Positions 38,570-47,506 of a stretch of DNA of 48,853 bases are shown one piece after another (positions within the stretch are counted from its first letter, which is position 1; every line of letters starts with the position of its first letter). The notes beneath the pieces were generated by a model that saw only the letters and a list, made by a program, of their open reading frames with translations, had not been told where the DNA came from and did no database searches. The DNA is from a bacterium (GTDB lineage: Bacteria; Patescibacteriota; Patescibacteriia; Patescibacteriales; GWC2-42-12), in assembly GCA_030655095.1 (NCBI GenBank), contig JAURWF010000062.1:1-48853 (forward strand). Direction: 5' to 3'. Made by a program: the position numbers and the translations under genes.

Positions 38570-39322
38570 ATGTTTGATGAAATTAATGATCAGAATGTTA
38601 ATCAAGCGAATGTTCCTACTCCGGGGATTGGTTCTATGCCAAATTTTAATCAAAGTGTTCCTAAGTCTGCTGAAGATATTTTGGCAGGAGTTGATCAATC
38701 AGAAAAGCCAGCGGTTTTTCAACCTAAAGCGCCAACGCCATCAGTAGGCTATGTTCCAGAAAACGAGGAGTCAAAAACAACAGATTCTAAAAAGTTTTTT
38801 GTTTTAGGTGTTATAATCATTGTTATTATTTTAATTATTGGCGTTGGTTATTTGGGTATTAAATTTTATTTGAATTCTAAAATATCAGACAAAGCTTTGA
38901 ATAATAGCAGTAAAGTTGTTGAGCCTGTAGTTAGTCCTATTCCAGAAAATTCAGATATTATTAAAAATCCGATTGTTGAAGTTGAAACTTCAACAGCAAC
39001 ATCTACGGGCATTAATGGAAATTCAATTATTACAGCTACTACTACAATTATCGCCACAAACACAGATATGATTATTGAATCTACAACAATAGTTGATAGC
39101 GATCAAGATGGTTTAATTGATGAAGAAGAAAGATTATTAGGAACAGATCCAAATTCAAGTGATTCTGATAACGATGGGTTGTCTGATCGTGAGGAAGTAA
39201 AGACTTATAGCACAAATCCGTTAAATGCAGATACTGATAGCGATGGTTATCAAGATGGAGCAGAAGTAAAAAATGGCTATAATCCAAAGGGATCAGGAAA
39301 ACTAGAGGTTAAAAGTTTGTAG
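38570..39322 (+). CDS. Single-pass membrane protein with Thr-rich stalk and C-terminal TSP3-like Ca-binding repeats
   Basis: One TM segment; DSDQDGL.D.EE..LGTDP, DSDNDGLSD, DTDSDGY.DG.EV..GYNP. Confidence 0.8.
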   Translation: MFDEINDQNVNQANVPTPGIGSMPNFNQSVPKSAEDILAGVDQSEKPAVFQPKAPTPSVGYVPENEESKTTDSKKFFVLGVIIIVIILIIGVGYLGIKFYLNSKISDKALNNSSKVVEPVVSPIPENSDIIKNPIVEVETSTATSTGINGNSIITATTTIIATNTDMIIESTTIVDSDQDGLIDEEERLLGTDPNSSDSDNDGLSDREEVKTYSTNPLNADTDSDGYQDGAEVKNGYNPKGSGKLEVKSL

Positions 39323-39357
39323 CCCTGACCCTGCCCTCTCCCATGTAAAATAATTTT

Positions 39358-40362
39358 ATGTTTAATATTTCTAAGCCAAAAATTAATAAAGAGATTGAGC
39401 AATTACCGGAGGATTTATCATCGGTTCAAGAAGAAGAAACAAAATTAGGTGATGATATAACTATTCATGCTATGCCAGAGCGTTTTCGTTCTAGTCATAT
39501 TAAAGTTGGTCAAGCTAAAAAAACAGGCGTTTTTATTATCGTTGCCGGTATTATTTTTTTAATTATTATTTCTGGCTTATTCTATTATTTTTTCTTTTAT
39601 AACCAATCTAAAAAATCAAATCAAGCATCTGTTGCAACTTCAACGCCTGCAGTAGAACCAGCTAAAATAGAAGTTCCAGTCAAAGAACCAGCGCAAATAG
39701 TTGCTACTACTACGGTTGTTTTGCCTAATATAGAGTCAATGGCTACTTCAACTGCTACTTCTACAGCAACTTCTACTGAAGATATTATTAATCAGCCAGT
39801 TGATTTGTCTGCTGGAATTGACAGCGATAGTGATGGGTTGACAGATAAAGAAGAAAAGATTTTTGGATCTAATCATACTGTTTTGGATTCTGATAATGAT
39901 GGTTATGATGATTTTTCAGAAGTTTTAAATGGATATAATCCAGCAGGGGCAGGAATTTTATCTATTAACAATAATTTACAAAATTATAATAATAAAACTT
40001 ATAAATATAATTTATTGTATCCATCAACTTGGAAGCAGACTACGAGTGGTGGAGATGATTCAATAGTATTTAAGGCAGAAGATGATAGTTTTATTCAAGT
40101 AATTGCTCAAAATAATAAAGAGCAGCAATTAATAAGTGATTGGTATAAACAGCAGTTTAATGTAGATTTTGTTGATCAAAATAATTTAATTACTAATAAT
40201 AACTGGAATGGAATTATTAATTCTGATAGCCTTACTACTTATTTAACGGATTCTAGTAAAAAGTATATTTTTGTTATTACTTATAATCCCGCCTCTTCAA
40301 ACACATTAAATTATCCCAATCTTTTTAAAGCAATGATTAAATCGTTCAAGATTAGTCCATAA
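39358..40362 (+). CDS. Single-pass membrane protein with ATST stalk, TSP3-like repeats and PsbP-like C-terminal domain
   Basis: TM segment; ATSTATSTATST; DSDSDGLTD; Y.N..Y.Y...YP..W ... F..MI.SF. Confidence 0.72.
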   Translation: MFNISKPKINKEIEQLPEDLSSVQEEETKLGDDITIHAMPERFRSSHIKVGQAKKTGVFIIVAGIIFLIIISGLFYYFFFYNQSKKSNQASVATSTPAVEPAKIEVPVKEPAQIVATTTVVLPNIESMATSTATSTATSTEDIINQPVDLSAGIDSDSDGLTDKEEKIFGSNHTVLDSDNDGYDDFSEVLNGYNPAGAGILSINNNLQNYNNKTYKYNLLYPSTWKQTTSGGDDSIVFKAEDDSFIQVIAQNNKEQQLISDWYKQQFNVDFVDQNNLITNNNWNGIINSDSLTTYLTDSSKKYIFVITYNPASSNTLNYPNLFKAMIKSFKISP

Positions 40363-40612
40363 AGTCATTAGATAGTTAAAAGTCAAAAGTCCATAAAGTC
40401 ATTAGATAGTCGAAAGTCAAAAGTCCTTAAAGTCCTTAAAGTCATTTGATAGTCGAAAGTCAAAAGTCCATAAAGTCCATAAAGTCATTTGACTTTAAGG
40501 ACTTTACAGACTTTACAGACTTTACAGACTTTACAGACTTTACAGACTTTATAGACTTTACAGACTTTACAGACTTTTGACTTTATAGACTTTACAGACT
40601 TTATAGACTCTT
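40354..40612. repeat. Large inverted double array: (AAAGTC)n with a 34-bp higher-order unit, then (GACTTTACA)n; inversion centre about 40488
   Basis: Begins inside the last codons and stop of the upstream gene and ends 1 bp before the ybeY ATG. The centre reads AAAGTCA-TT-TGACTTT. Confidence 0.95.
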
Positions 40613-40613
40613 T

Positions 40614-41036
40614 ATGTTAGTTGAAGTTAATAATCAGACTAAAAAAAGAATAAATATATCTTTAGTTAAAAAAATAGCTGAATTATTTTTGCAAACTTAT
40701 CATTTTAATAACAAAGAAATTTCTTTGGCTTTTGTAAATGATCAAATTAGTAAAAAATTAAATAAAACTTATCGTGGCATAGATAAAGCAACTGATGTTT
40801 TATCTTTTTCTATGACCGATGTTGATAATGATAATTTTTTAGGTGAGATAATTATTAATTACGAGCAAATTAAAAGACAAGCAAAACAAGCCGGACATAA
40901 TATTCAACAAGAATTAATTTTTATTTTAGTCCACGGTTTGTTGCATCTGGCAGGTTATGATGATGCGACAGAAAAAGGCGCAGACGAGATGGATAAATTA
41001 GGAAAAAAATTTATAAATTTATGCCAAATATTTTAA
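40614..41036 (+). CDS. ybeY: rRNA maturation endoribonuclease
   Basis: LN..YRG.DK.TDVLSF, LGEIII, HGLLHL.GYD. Confidence 0.93.
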   Translation: MLVEVNNQTKKRINISLVKKIAELFLQTYHFNNKEISLAFVNDQISKKLNKTYRGIDKATDVLSFSMTDVDNDNFLGEIIINYEQIKRQAKQAGHNIQQELIFILVHGLLHLAGYDDATEKGADEMDKLGKKFINLCQIF

Positions 41037-41596
41037 TTTTTGGAGACAGTATAGTTTATGGCGCATTTGACCCTGAAGCTGGTGGGTGGGCGGATAGATT
41101 AAAAGCTTTTTTCTTTAAAGATGGAAGAAACTATGATTATTTTGTTTATAATCTCGGTATTTCAGGAGATACAACAGAGAATTTATTAGAAAGATTTGAA
41201 TTTGAAACAAAACAAAGATCAGACGAAGACAAAACATCTTTTATTTTTAGCATCGGCATAAATGATTCTGCGTGGATGCATAGCAAAAATAATCACTGGG
41301 TTTTACCAAATAAATTTATTGATAATATTAAAAAATTAATACAACTTGCTCAAAAATTTTCTTCAAAAATTATTTTTGTTAGTTTATCACCAGTAGATGA
41401 AACAAAAACAACCCCAATTCCGTGGAACACAGACTTATCTTATAAAAATGAGTGGATTCAAGAATACAACAAAATTATAAAATCAATTTGCGAAGAAAAC
41501 AAAATTCTTTTTATTGATGTTTTTGAAAAATTTATAAAATTAGATTACACTAAATTATTAGAAGATGGTCTTCATCCAAATTCAAAAGGCCATTAG
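41021..41596 (+). CDS. SGNH/GDSL hydrolase, apparently shortened by a premature TAG (frame continues KIFEIVKDYF* to 41629)
   Basis: FGDSI, NLGISG, IGINDS, DGLHPN..GH. Confidence 0.85.
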   Translation: MPNILIFGDSIVYGAFDPEAGGWADRLKAFFFKDGRNYDYFVYNLGISGDTTENLLERFEFETKQRSDEDKTSFIFSIGINDSAWMHSKNNHWVLPNKFIDNIKKLIQLAQKFSSKIIFVSLSPVDETKTTPIPWNTDLSYKNEWIQEYNKIIKSICEENKILFIDVFEKFIKLDYTKLLEDGLHPNSKGH

Positions 41597-41645
41597 AAAA
41601 TTTTTGAAATTGTAAAAGATTATTTTTAAATTTTAAATTTTAAAT

Positions 41646-42665
41646 ATGAAATTTGTTCGAACAAAAAAACTTTTGTTTGCTAATAATAAGGGTGGAGTTG
41701 GCAAGACTACATTGGCTTTTAATACCGCTGTTAAATTTTCAGAAATGGGATACAAAACTGTTTTAATAGATTTGGATCCACAGTGTAATTTGTCCAGATT
41801 AGCGTTAGGTTTATTTGAAGAAACATTATTTTCTAACAGTCAAAAAACAATTTACACTGTTTTGGAAGGAATCATTAAAGGAGGATCTGATATTGACAGA
41901 AGCGTAAGTTTTGAAAAAATAAATAACAATAACAATCTATTCATTTTGCCAGGTAGCCTTAAATTATCTCAATACGAAAATTCATTAATCTCATCTTATG
42001 GAGAAGCAGCACAAGGAGTTGAAAGAGGTTTTTTTATTACAAGCGCGATTGATAGATTTTTAACAGAAAAAGGCTTGAATGAAGAAATTGATATTTTTAT
42101 TATTGATACATCGCCAAGTCTTAATTTATTAAATAGAGTGATATTTTTAGGATCAGATTATTTTATCACGCCTTTAATGCCCGATGCTTTTTCAGTTCAA
42201 GGTATTGAAAATTTGGGAAATACTTTTGAGGAATGGAAAGATAATTGGAAAAAAACAGCGAGAGTTTTAGCAAAAGATAAAGGGATTGCGCATAATAAAG
42301 TTTTGGATGGCGAAGGCTTGTTTATAGGTTATATAATAAATTCGTATAATCAGTATTCAAAAAAACCTATTAAAAGTAATGAAGAATGGATTGCCAAAAT
42401 TCCGAGCTTTATTAAAAAATATTTATCAGAAAAACATTGCAGAAATGGACTCGTTGAAAAATCTTGGAAATTAGAGTTAGCTTTAATTAAAGATTTTGGG
42501 CAATTATCACCATTAGCGCAAATCAAAAATAAGGCAATATTTAATCTTGATCCAACTATCGATGGTTTTGAAAATATAAAAGGAACAAGGGAAAATTTAG
42601 AACAATCACAAAAAGAATTTACTCAACTTTCAGAAAAGATTTTAAAGATATTGTTAGAATATTAG
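41646..42665 (+). CDS. Orphan ParA/Soj-family ATPase
   Basis: NNKGGVGKTT, IDLDPQCNL, IIDTSPSL; no parB nearby. Confidence 0.85.
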   Translation: MKFVRTKKLLFANNKGGVGKTTLAFNTAVKFSEMGYKTVLIDLDPQCNLSRLALGLFEETLFSNSQKTIYTVLEGIIKGGSDIDRSVSFEKINNNNNLFILPGSLKLSQYENSLISSYGEAAQGVERGFFITSAIDRFLTEKGLNEEIDIFIIDTSPSLNLLNRVIFLGSDYFITPLMPDAFSVQGIENLGNTFEEWKDNWKKTARVLAKDKGIAHNKVLDGEGLFIGYIINSYNQYSKKPIKSNEEWIAKIPSFIKKYLSEKHCRNGLVEKSWKLELALIKDFGQLSPLAQIKNKAIFNLDPTIDGFENIKGTRENLEQSQKEFTQLSEKILKILLEY

Positions 42666-42673
42666 AAAATTTT

Positions 42674-43048
42674 ATGATAAGAATAAAGAGATTGGCTAAA
42701 AGTTTTGTTTATGCATGGCGAGGGCTGTGTAAGGTTTTTAAAGAGGAACAAAATTTACAAATTCAAACAGCGGGTGGTTTGTTGATTTTTATTTTAGCTT
42801 ATTTTTTTCAAATAAGTCGTTGGGAGTGGATAGTGTTAGTTTTAATAGTAATTTTAGTAATTTTAATGGAATTAGCTAATAGTGTTGTGGAAAGAATTAC
42901 AGATGCATTAAAGCCAAGAATAAGTAGTTATGTTAAAGAGATAAAAGATATTATGGCAGCAGGCGTATTAGTGGCCTCTATAGCAGCGCTTATTGTTGGT
43001 TGTATAATTTTTTGGCCATACTTAATAAAATTATTTGGACAATTTTAA
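42674..43048 (+). CDS. dgkA: Diacylglycerol/undecaprenol kinase
   Basis: SF.YA..GL, E.N, E..NS..E...D, KD..A..V; three TM segments. Confidence 0.9.
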   Translation: MIRIKRLAKSFVYAWRGLCKVFKEEQNLQIQTAGGLLIFILAYFFQISRWEWIVLVLIVILVILMELANSVVERITDALKPRISSYVKEIKDIMAAGVLVASIAALIVGCIIFWPYLIKLFGQF

Positions 43049-43065
43049 ATAATTTTAGTATAATA

Positions 43066-43100
43066 AATTTGTAATTTGTATTATTAATAATAATTTGTAT
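43066..43100 (+). repeat. AATTTGT short array (reverse complement of the 38510 unit) just before the ftsA start
   Basis: aatttgt aatttgta ... taatttgta. Confidence 0.5.
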
Positions 43101-43104
43101 TTTT

Positions 43105-44367
43105 ATGAAAGATGATATTGTAGCAGGTTTAGATATCGGCTCTACTTCTGTTAGATTGGTTGTTGGACAGCGAATGTCTTCAAATGAATCTGGCGAGCAA
43201 TTGCGAATATTAGGCGCTGTTTCTGTTCCTTCAGAGGGAATAAATAGGGGCGTTGTTAATAGTATTGAAGATACTACTTCAGCTATTTCCGCTTGTTTAG
43301 AAAAAGCAGAAAGATTAATTGGCGTGTCTGTTTCTAATGTTTGGGTAGGCATTAATGGACCAAATTTGAAATGTGAAAAAAGTCATGGTGTTGTGGCAGT
43401 TGGTAGGAGTGATAATGAAATTACCGAAGATGACATTGAGCGAGCTGTTGAAGCTGCTCAGGCTTTAGCAGTTCCACCAAATTATGAGATTCTCCATGTT
43501 ATCCCTGTCAAATTTACTGTTGATAATCAGGAAGATATTAAAGATCCATTAGGTATGACTGGTGTGCGATTAGAAGTGGAAATTTTAATTATTCAGGGTT
43601 TGTCTAGTCAAATTAAAAATTTAACAAAAGCTATTTATCGTACTGGTTTGGAAATTGAAGATTTGGTTTTATCGCCACTAGCTGCTTCTGAAGTGGTTAT
43701 TGATCATAAGCAAAAAGAATTAGGTGTAGCCTTAGTTAATATAGGAGCTTCTACTACTAGTTTGGCTGTTTTTGAAGAAGGCGAGCTTTTGCATGCAGCT
43801 GTTTTGTCAATAGGATCAGAGCATATTACTGCTGATATAGCTATTGGTTTAAGGTGTCCTATAAATTTAGCTGAAAGAATTAAATTAGAGCATGGTTATG
43901 CTTGCGCCGAGCAATTTACTAAAAAGGATGAGATTGATATTAGTGATTTGGCTAAAGAAGAAAATGCAAGTGATGAAACAATGATTATTTCTAAAAAATA
44001 TGTTGCTGAAATTATTGAAGCGCGGGTTGAAGAAATTTTTGAGAAAATTGATAATGAGTTAAAAAAGATTGATCGTTCTGGAATGTTGCCTGGCGGTATT
44101 TTTTTGATTGGTGGTGGATCTAAATTATTGGGCTTAATTAAGGTGGCAAAAGATAATTTGCGTCTTCCTGTTTGTCTCGGCGTTAATAGAAATATTATAG
44201 CTACTATAGATAAAATTAATGATACTACTTATTTAACAGCTTTAGGATTAATGGCATGGGGTAATAAATTAAATAAAAGTAAACACGGATCAAAAAGAGG
44301 AAGTAAAGGAATTATTGGTCAGGTAATTAAAAAAATAAAGCAACGCTTTAGTTCCCTTATTCCCTAA
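43105..44367 (+). CDS. ftsA: Cell division protein FtsA
   Basis: GLDIGS, P.GM.G.RLE, IT.DIA..L, AE.IK..HG, II.AR.EEI, GGGS.L. Confidence 0.96.
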   Translation: MKDDIVAGLDIGSTSVRLVVGQRMSSNESGEQLRILGAVSVPSEGINRGVVNSIEDTTSAISACLEKAERLIGVSVSNVWVGINGPNLKCEKSHGVVAVGRSDNEITEDDIERAVEAAQALAVPPNYEILHVIPVKFTVDNQEDIKDPLGMTGVRLEVEILIIQGLSSQIKNLTKAIYRTGLEIEDLVLSPLAASEVVIDHKQKELGVALVNIGASTTSLAVFEEGELLHAAVLSIGSEHITADIAIGLRCPINLAERIKLEHGYACAEQFTKKDEIDISDLAKEENASDETMIISKKYVAEIIEARVEEIFEKIDNELKKIDRSGMLPGGIFLIGGGSKLLGLIKVAKDNLRLPVCLGVNRNIIATIDKINDTTYLTALGLMAWGNKLNKSKHGSKRGSKGIIGQVIKKIKQRFSSLIP

Positions 44368-44439
44368 AGGTCTTGAAATATTTTTAATTGTAGTTTAATA
44401 TAAAATTAGTTAACTGATTAACTAATTAATTATCTATAT

Positions 44440-45612
44440 ATGGCAGAAGTAAAACCAGTAGTAGAAACATTTGCTAAAATTAAAGTGATTGGAGTCGGTG
44501 GTGGTGGTGGTAGCGCTGTTAATAGGATGATTGAATTTGGCATTAGAGGTGTTGAATTTATTGCTGTTAATACAGATGTTCAGGCTTTGCATTACAATAA
44601 GGCAAGCAAGAAAATTCATATTGGGAAAACGATTACTCGTGGATTGGGAGCTGGAATGAATCCTGAATTGGGTCGGCAGTCAGCAGAAGAATCGCAAAAT
44701 GATCTCAGAGATGCGTTGAAAGATGTTGATATGGTTTTTGTGACTTGTGGATTAGGTGGTGGAACAGGCACAGGTGCTTCGCCAATTATTGCTGAGATTG
44801 CTCGTGATCTAGGCGCTTTAACTGTAGCAGTGGTAACTAAACCATTTGCTTTTGAAGGAGCGCAAAGAAAAAATATTGCTGAACGTGGTTTAGCGGAATT
44901 GTCTGATAAAGTAGACACAATTATTACTATTCCTAATGATAAATTATTACAAATTATTGATAAAAAAACATCGCTTTTAGATGCTTTTACAGTTGTTGAT
45001 GAAATTTTAAGGCAGGGAGTTCAGGGTATTTCAGAATTAATTACAATACCTGGATTGATTAATGTTGACTTTGCTGATGTTAAAGCAGTAATGTCAAATG
45101 CTGGTAGTGCTTTAATGGGGATTGGTCAGGCTAGTGGAGAAAACAAGGCCATTGAAGCTGCCAAGGCTGCTATTAGTTCGCCTTTGCTTGAAATGTCTAT
45201 TGAAGGTGCTTGCGGTATTCTTTTTACTATAGTTGGTGGTCCAAATTTATCTATGCATGAAGTTAATGAGGCTGCTAAAATTATTACTTCTTCAGCTAAT
45301 GAAGATGCAAAAATAATTTTTGGTGCAGTTATTGATGATAAATATAAAGATGAAATTAAAATAACAGTTGTTGCAACAGGTTTTGATGGTCGTAAAATTG
45401 GAGTAAGTGAAATAATAGCTAATGAAAGGGCATATACCCCTAATGTTTTTATTAGTGCAGAGGAGGATAAAGAGAAGTGGGAGATTAAGAAAAAAAGTAA
45501 AGTTTCTTCTCTAAAACAAGCTCAAGCTGAACCTGCACAAAAAAAAGGATCAGAGTCAGATGAAGAAGACGAACTAGGCATCCCAGCATTTATTCGGAAG
45601 AAGATGATGTAG
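44440..45612 (+). CDS. ftsZ: Cell division protein FtsZ
   Basis: GVGGGG, GLGAG, GGGTGTG signature, NVDFADV, C-terminal IPAFIRK. Confidence 0.98.
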   Translation: MAEVKPVVETFAKIKVIGVGGGGGSAVNRMIEFGIRGVEFIAVNTDVQALHYNKASKKIHIGKTITRGLGAGMNPELGRQSAEESQNDLRDALKDVDMVFVTCGLGGGTGTGASPIIAEIARDLGALTVAVVTKPFAFEGAQRKNIAERGLAELSDKVDTIITIPNDKLLQIIDKKTSLLDAFTVVDEILRQGVQGISELITIPGLINVDFADVKAVMSNAGSALMGIGQASGENKAIEAAKAAISSPLLEMSIEGACGILFTIVGGPNLSMHEVNEAAKIITSSANEDAKIIFGAVIDDKYKDEIKITVVATGFDGRKIGVSEIIANERAYTPNVFISAEEDKEKWEIKKKSKVSSLKQAQAEPAQKKGSESDEEDELGIPAFIRKKMM

Positions 45613-45627
45613 AGAGCAAAGATATTG

Positions 45628-46029
45628 TTTGTATATTATGCAATATTGTGCATAATATACAAAAACACTTCGCATATAAACGAGTTGTTCGAAATAAATT
45701 TTAGCTAGTAAAAACAAAGTTAAATGAGTTGTTTTGCGATAGTTTAATATTTAAAGAAAGGTTTTTATTCTTCAGCTAAAATTTACATCGTACAACAAAG
45801 AATATCTGGTTCAAGAATTTTTCATTAATAATATTAATAAGGAGTAAAAAAATTCTTTCAACCCATATTTTTGCCTCTTTTTCTTTTATAAAATATAATA
45901 AGGAAGTGAGACAAAAACATCAGATATTCTTAGACGTTAGCTGACAGATCTCTAATACAAAATAAACATAAATTGTTTAATAGAGTATTATAATACAAAC
46001 TGTTAGAGTAGAGCATTTCTATTCTCGTT
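45628..46029. ncRNA. Candidate structured non-coding element (nested long stems), family unknown
   Basis: Perfect stems 45628-45642/45649-45663 (15 bp), 45695-45706/45774-45785 (12 bp), 45798-45808/45921-45931 (11 bp), 45813-45822/45848-45857 (10 bp); no ORF in the track. Confidence 0.4.
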
Positions 46030-46119
46030 GACATCATCTTATTTTTTGTTGCCAAGATTTAAAATATATGTTATTTTAATTCTAAAGAGTACGAATAATC
46101 GTATTTATTGGAAACAAAT

Positions 46120-46743
46120 ATGCAATATATTGAGTTAAAGGAAAAATTAAACGAATATGTGGTTTTTACTTCGCAAGACATAAATAAGGTTGATGCGTTG
46201 TTTTATCGTTCTCGTTTGAATGATTGGCAAGATAAGGGATATATAAAAAAGATTCGTAGAGGATATTATATGTTTGCTGATCAAAATTTAAATGAAGCTG
46301 TTTTATTTTGTGTTGCTAATAAGATTTATTTACCATCTTATATTTCATTTGAAATGGCTTTATCTAATTATGGGTTAATCCCGGAAAGTGTTTATGGTAT
46401 CACTTCGGCTACCTCAAATAAAACTAATCGCTTTAAAACTGAAATAGGTGAATTTATTTATCATCATCTTAAGCCGGAATTGTTGTTCGGTTATGAGTTG
46501 ATTACGCTCGGCGGAATATCATACAAGATGGCTAATATTGAGAAGACAATTTTAGATTATTTTTATATTAATTCGCATTTAAAGACAGAAGCAGATTTTT
46601 CTGAGTTGAGAATAAACGAAGAAGAATTTAATTCAAAGGTGAATAAGGATAAGTTAATGAAGTATTTAAATTCATTTAATAATAAGAGTTTAGAGCGAAG
46701 AATTAATAAGTTTTTAAAGTATATAAATTATGTTAATGCTTAA
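46120..46743 (+). CDS. AbiEi-like antitoxin, second pair (ATG 46120 preferred over TTG 46108)
   Basis: L..W..KGYI.K.RRG.Y, PSYIS.E.ALS.YGLIPE, EK..LDY.Y. Confidence 0.88.
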   Translation: MQYIELKEKLNEYVVFTSQDINKVDALFYRSRLNDWQDKGYIKKIRRGYYMFADQNLNEAVLFCVANKIYLPSYISFEMALSNYGLIPESVYGITSATSNKTNRFKTEIGEFIYHHLKPELLFGYELITLGGISYKMANIEKTILDYFYINSHLKTEADFSELRINEEEFNSKVNKDKLMKYLNSFNNKSLERRINKFLKYINYVNA

Positions 46744-47506
46744 AGAAATTGAAAAGCAATATCCGAATAATTTAAGATCATACAAGCGCAATATTTTACG
46801 TGAGTATCTGCAGTACAAAATATTAGAGTTAATTTTTAATTCACCATTGGCGAATAAACTTTCATTTTTGGGTGGCACAGCTTTATGTATTATATATAAT
46901 AATAACAGATTTTCAGAGGATCTTGATTTTGATAATTTTGGTTTGACCGAGGAAGAGTTTATAAAGCTTACAGAGGAAGTACAAAATGGAATGATAAAAT
47001 TGGGCTTTGAAACAGAAATAAGAAATGTATTTAAGGGTGCTTTTCGCTGTTATCTTAAAATTCCAAAAGTGTTATTGGACAATGAATTAGCTGTTATGCC
47101 AGATGAAAAGATGATGATTCAAATTGATACTGCGCCTCATGGATTTAAATATAATCCTGACAAAAAAATTCTGAATAAGTTTGATATATTCACGCAAATT
47201 TTTTCTACTCCATTAGATATATTACTATCACAAAAAATATATACGATTTTTAATCGTAATCGCGCTAAGGGTAGAGATTTCTTTGACACAATTTTTCTTT
47301 TAGGATTAACTAAGCCGAATTATGATTATTTGAAGTTAAAGATGGGAGTTGATAATTGGCCGGATATAAAGAAGAAACTTTTGGAAAAAACGGAAAAACT
47401 AGATTTAGCTGGATTGGTAAAGGACGTTGAGCCATATTTATTTAGTCCGAGTGATTCAAAGAAGATCGCTTTGTTTAGGGAATGCATTGAACAGATAGAA
47501 TCTTAA
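46730..47506 (+). CDS. AbiEii family nucleotidyltransferase toxin, second pair
   Basis: LREYLQ, FLGGTAL, RFSEDLDF, KGRDFFD. Confidence 0.9.
   Translation: MLMLKEIEKQYPNNLRSYKRNILREYLQYKILELIFNSPLANKLSFLGGTALCIIYNNNRFSEDLDFDNFGLTEEEFIKLTEEVQNGMIKLGFETEIRNVFKGAFRCYLKIPKVLLDNELAVMPDEKMMIQIDTAPHGFKYNPDKKILNKFDIFTQIFSTPLDILLSQKIYTIFNRNRAKGRDFFDTIFLLGLTKPNYDYLKLKMGVDNWPDIKKKLLEKTEKLDLAGLVKDVEPYLFSPSDSKKIALFRECIEQIES

Noticed and set aside
40354..40612. CRISPR array
   Set aside because: Units are 7-9 bp (34-bp higher order) with no unique spacers, and there are no cas genes in the window.
40931..40963. YbeY third metal ligand His replaced by Asp (GYDD)
   Set aside because: Asp can ligate metal and this variant is seen in other YbeY lineages, so it is not evidence of inactivation.
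45613..46107. oriC, RNase P RNA or tmRNA in the post-ftsZ spacer
   Set aside because: No DnaA-box cluster, no GAGGAAAGTCC, and no tRNA-like ends were seen.
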